Part shown: positions 58,744 to 64,000 of the stretch, in pieces
How the letters are laid out: each line of letters starts with the position of its first letter
Numbering within the stretch: the first letter of the stretch is position 1
Assembly (NCBI GenBank): GCA_964635905.1
Contig: CAZWPK010000003.1
Span: 2,459-66,458, forward strand
Direction: 5' to 3'
Origin: an uncultured Pseudomonadales bacterium
GTDB lineage: Bacteria > Patescibacteriota > Microgenomatia > UBA1400 > UBA12028
Length of the DNA stretch: 64,000 bases
Position numbers and translations under genes: made by a program
Notes under the pieces: generated by a model
Seen by the model: the letters and a program-made list of their open reading frames with translations, nothing else
What the model was told of the DNA's origin: nothing
Database searches by the model: none

Positions 58744-60684
58744 TTAGCTTTGTGGTGGGGTTGGAGGTACCAGTTCACTCGGGTTATATCCCGTTTCAGC
58801 AACTTCCTCAGCTTGTTCCTGCGCCTGTGATTCTTGCTGTGCAAACGCTTCTTGGCGCTTGCGTAGTAGCTCTTGGGGATCCGTGGTGATGAGTGCATGT
58901 TCTTTCTCACTGGCAATGACACGAATGGCAACGTGGTTTTGTCCGGCAAAGAACAGCCCTTCTCCAACATCTGCTGCCATGAGTAACCGACGTTCACCCT
59001 CTGAAAGGAAGAACACTTCCGTAAGACGGGGAATCGACGCTGAGGACTGTTTCATCAAGAACTGTATGGAGGAGTTGGTAACGATGGGTTTTCCATATTC
59101 AGAGACCAAAAAGTCTTCCACGTCCTGGGTGATCGTTGTGATACCCAAGTAGTATTTTCGTGCGCGTTTGGCCAAGGAGTGCAAAAAGGAAGCGCTGTCC
59201 GGATGCTTCATGAAGTACCACGCCTCATCCACAATCAAGATACGCTTTTTTAAGGTCTTCTTGATACGTGTCCAGATAAAATCCAAGATCATGAACATTG
59301 CGATTGGGCGCAACTCGTCTTCGAGTTCCTTGACGGAGAAGACGGTGAAGTGGTTGGTCAAATCAAAGTTTGATTTACGATCAAAGATACCTCGAAAGGA
59401 ACCTTTTACAAACTTTTCGAGTCTAGCCGCTAGATTAGCAGCATCGGGTGTTTCCATGCCGATTAACGCCTTATACAGGTCTTCTAGTAGCGGAGGCTCA
59501 TTGCTTTGGGTCGCAGGATCCGGAGTAATGCCTTTTGATTTATATGCAGCCACCAGTGCTTGATCTAATACGGCATCCTCGGTGGGAGATAAACTTCCAA
59601 TCATGACACGGAGGAGAGAATGCAAGTTGATAATCTTAGTGCCTAATTCATTTTGACCTTCTTCATAGACAGAAGACAAATCAAAGGGATTGATTTTGAC
59701 ATTAGAATTGAAACTAAAGTTAACATATTCTCCACCAACTGCATTACACAAGTCTTCATATTCATGCTCAGGGTCTAGAATCAAAATGTCGGCTCCAAAC
59801 ATGAGTTGTCGGTAGGCTTCTAACTTCACAAAATAGGATTTTCCTGCACCGGACTTTGCAAACACCACCATGTTGGCATTCTCCATCGAGAAGCGATCAA
59901 AAATGACCAAGGAATCATTGTGTTCATTAATGCCGTACACAATGCCTTGTTCTTGGGTCAACTCAGAGGATGTAAAAGGGAACGTCGTTGCCAGAGAAGT
60001 TGTGTCCATGTTACGGACATAACTTAGCTTGTCTACTCCAGTGGGAAGGGTGGTTTTGTACCCTTCCTCCATTTGGAGTGTGGCGCTTTTACTAATGATT
60101 AAGAGTGATCCTAACGTCGATTGAACTTGTTTGGTGACTCGATCGAGTTCTTCTAGGGAGTGGGCCGAGATCGTAATGTAGAGCCCGAATTGGTAAAAGC
60201 GCTCGGCGCCTTTAGCCAGTTGTTCCTGGATTAATCGAGCATCCTCCAATTTGATTTCCGTATCGATGTTTCCAATTTTTCCTTGTTTTAAATCCGATGA
60301 TAGTTCCGCTTCCATTTCTGTAATCTTGCGACGTAGATCTTGCAAAATTTTGGCACTGTCGACAGGGAAGATGTACATGGAAATATCCATGGAATGGGGG
60401 AAATTGATTAAGGGGGAGAGCCAGTTTGCCGGAACCGAACGTGGATATCCAGAGATGAACAGTGTACGAGTATAGGTGGCATTAATGCGTTGGTAGGTAA
60501 AGTCAACTTCGATAGCTTCTGGCGCAATGATATCTAAGATACTCACTAGCCCGGATGAGAATTTTGCAATTTCTGCGTTCAATTCTTCTGCCTGTGAGGG
60601 AACTGGGGTTGCTGGGGTGCCAGTGGATCCAGTTGGGGTTGTAGGAGGTGATTTCTTTAATAACGAAAATAAATTAAGTGCCAT
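58744..60684 (-). CDS. VirB4/TraC/PrgJ-like type IV secretion ATPase
   Basis: Walker A is VVFAKSGAGKSYF and Walker B is RILIVDEAWYF. The VirB4-like N-domain reads DIIAPEAIEVDFTYQRINATYTRTLFISGYP. The N- and C-terminal tails are Pro/Thr-rich. Confidence 0.8.
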   Translation of the reverse strand: MALNLFSLLKKSPPTTPTGSTGTPATPVPSQAEELNAEIAKFSSGLVSILDIIAPEAIEVDFTYQRINATYTRTLFISGYPRSVPANWLSPLINFPHSMDISMYIFPVDSAKILQDLRRKITEMEAELSSDLKQGKIGNIDTEIKLEDARLIQEQLAKGAERFYQFGLYITISAHSLEELDRVTKQVQSTLGSLLIISKSATLQMEEGYKTTLPTGVDKLSYVRNMDTTSLATTFPFTSSELTQEQGIVYGINEHNDSLVIFDRFSMENANMVVFAKSGAGKSYFVKLEAYRQLMFGADILILDPEHEYEDLCNAVGGEYVNFSFNSNVKINPFDLSSVYEEGQNELGTKIINLHSLLRVMIGSLSPTEDAVLDQALVAAYKSKGITPDPATQSNEPPLLEDLYKALIGMETPDAANLAARLEKFVKGSFRGIFDRKSNFDLTNHFTVFSVKELEDELRPIAMFMILDFIWTRIKKTLKKRILIVDEAWYFMKHPDSASFLHSLAKRARKYYLGITTITQDVEDFLVSEYGKPIVTNSSIQFLMKQSSASIPRLTEVFFLSEGERRLLMAADVGEGLFFAGQNHVAIRVIASEKEHALITTDPQELLRKRQEAFAQQESQAQEQAEEVAETGYNPSELVPPTPPQS

Positions 60685-60692
60685 ACAGGTCC

Positions 60693-61856
60693 TTACACGG
60701 TATCTTTGAGTACGGTTACATCTGGAGTGGGTTGGTTAAGAGCTGCTGGCTGATTAGGATCCAACGTACTGATCTCTTCTTGAATAGAAGCTGACGTGGT
60801 GGTTGCTTGTGGAGTGGTTCCCACGGATACCGTTTCTAGGGCGGGTAATTGGGGAGGAGTCAAACGAATGGAGGGAAGCTCGGAAAATTCCTGAGGCAAC
60901 GACACTACAACCTCTTCTTTCTCTGGGAGTGCTGGTGTGGGCAGACTTGGTGTTGCTTCGGGAGTAAGCGGCGCTGGTGGTTGTAGATTTTCTGTCGCCA
61001 CTGGGGTAGGCAATGGTGTTGGGATGGGTTGTACAGGAGGAGTTTCAACCACAGGTGTGGTCTCTGGTGCAGGTACAGTGGTAGGTGTTTGTACTGGCTT
61101 GGATACCGCGCTAACTGGCAACGGGACAGCGGTTTCTGCTGCAAACTTCGCCTGTAGCACAGGGAGTGGGGCGATATCGGCTTCAACCAATGGAGAAGAA
61201 TACTCGGAAGGGTTGGTTACATGCATCCCATCGGAGGAATCAGGATTGTACATGGTATAGAACAGTTGAATTAATTCTTGCGTAGAGAGCTGACGAAGCG
61301 ACAATCCAATCCGAGCAAACTGATGGACTAAGTGGTCTCGTCGGGGGGCAAGGTTGGTGAGGGCTTTTTCTAATACGGTGCCTTTGTCCAGAGTTTCCGG
61401 TGCTTTTTTATTCATCCCAGGGATGAAAGTGGCGCCAGAGATGATTCCTCCCTCAATGGCGGTATACGTGATCACGATATAGAATTTCTTCTCTAACACG
61501 TTGCGCTCTTGTACGAGCTCTTCTACAAACTGTCGATAGTCTTTGATGTTGCGTTTATTGACGGGGTTATACGCCTTGAGTTCGGCTTGATGCAAGAGTT
61601 CCAAATACGACGTGACATCTTTTCGCTGAGATCGAATCACGATTTCAATTGGGAACGATAGCGAGTTGAGAAGGGCGGCATAGGCATAGATTGCAGCATC
61701 CTGTTCTTCTTCGGAGTAAAGGTCAAAATTGATTGCGGTTGAATTTAAGACCATGGAGACCGCGCCATCACGAAGCAGAAGTACATCGTTGGTGATATCA
61801 AACAGTTCTAGATATTTTTGCGTCGTTGATTGGAGGGCATTGGATTGGTTGATCAT
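60693..61856 (-). CDS. T4SS-associated hypothetical protein with a ~160-aa Pro/Thr/Val-rich C-terminal region
   Basis: The ~230-aa N-domain reads LLLRDGAVSMVLNSTAINFDLYSEEEQDAAIYAYAALLNSLSFPIEIVIRSQRKD. Its start overlaps the upstream gene's stop in an ATGA arrangement. Confidence 0.5.
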   Translation of the reverse strand: MINQSNALQSTTQKYLELFDITNDVLLLRDGAVSMVLNSTAINFDLYSEEEQDAAIYAYAALLNSLSFPIEIVIRSQRKDVTSYLELLHQAELKAYNPVNKRNIKDYRQFVEELVQERNVLEKKFYIVITYTAIEGGIISGATFIPGMNKKAPETLDKGTVLEKALTNLAPRRDHLVHQFARIGLSLRQLSTQELIQLFYTMYNPDSSDGMHVTNPSEYSSPLVEADIAPLPVLQAKFAAETAVPLPVSAVSKPVQTPTTVPAPETTPVVETPPVQPIPTPLPTPVATENLQPPAPLTPEATPSLPTPALPEKEEVVVSLPQEFSELPSIRLTPPQLPALETVSVGTTPQATTTSASIQEEISTLDPNQPAALNQPTPDVTVLKDTV

Positions 61857-62977
61857 GATGCTTGAATGAGGATAGGTTCTACTACTTGATTATTCAGGAC
61901 TAAAGATTGGTTGTCAAAAAGACTTCCATCTTTCTCGACACTAATCATGTATTCGCCCTTATCTAAGGGGGTGACAACTGCAAACTGACCTAAGGTATTG
62001 GTTTTTAAGGCACGTACGGGGGTGTGATCGGCAGCTTTGGAGATCGTTACAATGGCATTTTCCAGAATTTTTCCATCCGAAGAAACAACCATCCCAACCA
62101 CCATGTTAGGAACGGTAGGTTTACTGGGGAAAGGCAAGGAACTTAGAGTTTGAACTGGTTTTAATGTTTGACCCGGGAAAGAATTTGATACCGTTGGTTT
62201 TACCACAGTAAATTCTCCAGATAGTGCAGGGTTTGAGGCAGAAATTGGAGAGGCAGGAAGGGAAATTTCCGTATGTGTTTTGTAGCCAACGGGTTGAATT
62301 TGGGGAACCTGCACATCCGTTGTGCCGACACTATCGTTGTGTTCTTTGGAAATGACGGATTCACTAGGAACTGCGACCTCGTTATCAGATTCTAAAATAC
62401 GAGCAGACACAGGAAGCGTATTCTCGGTTTTTGTAGGCAGCGGTATTTTCATGGCTTCTTGAATGGGTACTGTTGTTGGTTGCGGGGTAGGTGCGATGGA
62501 GGGATTTTCAAATAATGCCAAAATTGCTTGGGCTTTAAGATCATCCGCATCCGGTTGGGAAGACATTGAGGCAGAGGGAAGTGTGGTTAAAAATTCTTTG
62601 ACTCGTGAGTCTCGCAAGGGGCGATAATCTACTTTAGGCGTAGTGTCTAAATTTGTCGGGACTTTGTACTCAAAGACATCTGGAATGGTTTGTGTCTTTT
62701 TCCAAAAGAACATGGTTGGCTGATAGATCGAGCGAATGAAGGCTAGAAACCAGCGATCCAATGGACGTCCTTCCAGAGGAACAAAGGCAAGCGCTAACCC
62801 AGTAAGACCAACAATCGCCATGAGGGGATACTTAATAAACACGGGAAGGTTTGTCATGTTAATGACAACCGCTAAGATGACACCACCCGCAATTTCCATA
62901 AATTGCTTGAGTGTCATCTGACCGATCAGATGAAATTCATATCCCGTGACGTTTTGGGGTACTGGATGTTCTTGCAT
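61853..62977 (-). CDS. PrgI/VirB3-like membrane protein with a long low-complexity C-terminal extension
   Basis: The first ~95 aa have PrgI-like two-TM topology (LIGQMTLKQFMEIAGGVILAVV...LMAIVGLTGLALAFVPLEGRPLDRWFLAFI). The remaining ~280 aa are Pro/Ser/Thr/Val-rich and end in a small beta-rich domain. Confidence 0.55.
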   Translation of the reverse strand: MQEHPVPQNVTGYEFHLIGQMTLKQFMEIAGGVILAVVINMTNLPVFIKYPLMAIVGLTGLALAFVPLEGRPLDRWFLAFIRSIYQPTMFFWKKTQTIPDVFEYKVPTNLDTTPKVDYRPLRDSRVKEFLTTLPSASMSSQPDADDLKAQAILALFENPSIAPTPQPTTVPIQEAMKIPLPTKTENTLPVSARILESDNEVAVPSESVISKEHNDSVGTTDVQVPQIQPVGYKTHTEISLPASPISASNPALSGEFTVVKPTVSNSFPGQTLKPVQTLSSLPFPSKPTVPNMVVGMVVSSDGKILENAIVTISKAADHTPVRALKTNTLGQFAVVTPLDKGEYMISVEKDGSLFDNQSLVLNNQVVEPILIQAS

Positions 62978-63061
62978 GGGAAAATGTTGGCTATGATGAC
63001 TTCTTTATGATACCAGATGAGTGGTAGACAGCCAATCCAGTAGATTTAAAAAGAGTGTCGT

Positions 63062-63634
63062 TTACTCTTGTAAACCAAACGGATGGGATTTCATTTCCAT
63101 TTCGGTTAAGTTTTTCCCAATTGTGGTGTCAAACTGTGCCTGCGTCATTGGGGGGAAGTACCAGATTGAGAAAACGGCGGTGTCGTTTCCAATGATTGCA
63201 GTTCCCTTTGACGGATACACGTCCATTGAATAGGTGATTCCCCATTCTTCGGAATATCTAACAGCTTCGGGCTTACCTAATTTCTCTTTCAGCGTGGTAA
63301 AAGTTCCACTCTCGGAGGCCGAAATAAAGCGCTCGATCACTTGAGCTCGGTCGTTTTCTAGGACAACAACGTTGGGATGCCGGGCAAATACTGACGGGTA
63401 ATCATATTTTTGAGCAGAGCCGACTTGAGAAATTTGCAGAGGGACACCCATGGCTGCAATTACTGCTTCCGAGTCACTTCGACCGGGCTCAATAGCATTC
63501 CAGGTATTAAATTCCGTGGTTGGTGGCAGTGATGATTCCGGCGTAAAAAAACGAAAAACAATTGTCAGAATCAAAACTCCAACTAAAACAAGGATGTACC
63601 AACGACGTTTGAGAAGCAACAATAGTTTATTCAT
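63062..63634 (-). CDS. Membrane-anchored hypothetical protein (190 aa)
   Basis: A signal anchor (WYILVLVGVLILTIVF) precedes an extracytoplasmic domain. The start lies 1 nt after the upstream gene's stop. Confidence 0.4.
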   Translation of the reverse strand: MNKLLLLLKRRWYILVLVGVLILTIVFRFFTPESSLPPTTEFNTWNAIEPGRSDSEAVIAAMGVPLQISQVGSAQKYDYPSVFARHPNVVVLENDRAQVIERFISASESGTFTTLKEKLGKPEAVRYSEEWGITYSMDVYPSKGTAIIGNDTAVFSIWYFPPMTQAQFDTTIGKNLTEMEMKSHPFGLQE

Positions 63635-63635
63635 A

Positions 63636-64000
63636 TTATAAAGAGTTGGGTGGTGGATTCCCTCCAGCTAGATTATCGCGAATCCATTGATAGCGTAATG
63701 GGAAAGTTGAACTCATATCCGAGACACTACAGCCAGGCTTGGTCAGTTGAGGATAGTATTTATGCACAAAAAAGACAGCAATGGATTCGGCAAAGTCTTC
63801 TCGATCAGGAATTCCACTGCTGCCCAGTGAGTATGTACAAATTTGGCGCTCGGCGCCAACTGCCTGCAAAAATTGCTGCAGGATTGAACCTCGGGTTTGA
63901 ATCTGATGGCTAAGCTCATGGACAATAGTTCGTCGTGAATCAGTGATACTCGCGGCTACTGCTAAGTTATACATTGCAATGTTGTTCCCTGAACTGGAAC
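63636..64000 (-). CDS. Putative zinc metallopeptidase domain protein, HExxH (DUF4157-like), partial (its 5' end lies beyond the window)
   Basis: SRRTIVHELSHQIQ resembles the DUF4157 motif GRRLLAHELAHVVQQ. The reading frame stays open upstream of the internal Met at 63974 as far as the window edge. Confidence 0.4.
   Translation of the reverse strand, partial: SSSGNNIAMYNLAVAASITDSRRTIVHELSHQIQTRGSILQQFLQAVGAERQICTYSLGSSGIPDREDFAESIAVFFVHKYYPQLTKPGCSVSDMSSTFPLRYQWIRDNLAGGNPPPNSL

Overview
This ~64 kb chromosomal window is gene-dense, with about 70 protein-coding genes and 4 tRNAs, and it spans the replication-origin neighbourhood. The plus strand carries rpmH-rnpA-yidD-yidC-jag and rnhA; the minus strand carries dnaA and dnaN. 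DnaA-box clusters sit in three nearby intergenic regions. The remaining content is housekeeping: Maf, RNase J, a family-4 UDG, two class-A PBPs flanking a GH18-like protein, Cmk, PfkB kinases, Rpe/RpiB, L25, ValS, an SPFH protein, a VanW protein, a solute-binding protein, a sufCBD-sufS-sufU operon plus a DUF59 (SufT-like) protein, YjjX, a ferredoxin with an FNR-like reductase, SAHH, a DsbA-like protein, DedA and an acyltransferase-3. Many proteins are short and Gram-positive-like. I infer from this gene content, without a database search, that the organism is a small-genome Patescibacteria/CPR bacterium (Saccharibacteria-like). I found no transposase, integrase, CRISPR array or phage genes. 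The most unusual material is two type-IV-secretion-like loci at opposite ends of the window, both on the minus strand. The left locus has a VirD4/TraD-like coupling ATPase followed by a large cysteine-rich secreted protein that the ORF track missed because it runs off the window edge. The right locus has a PrgI(VirB3)-like protein with a long extension, a Pro/Thr-rich protein, a VirB4-like ATPase, a membrane-anchored protein and an HExxH (DUF4157-like) protein. Several ORF-track starts are TTG/GTG-extended, and I re-placed them at ATG codons with plausible RBSs where I could. Coordinates read by eye may be off by 1-2 nt.
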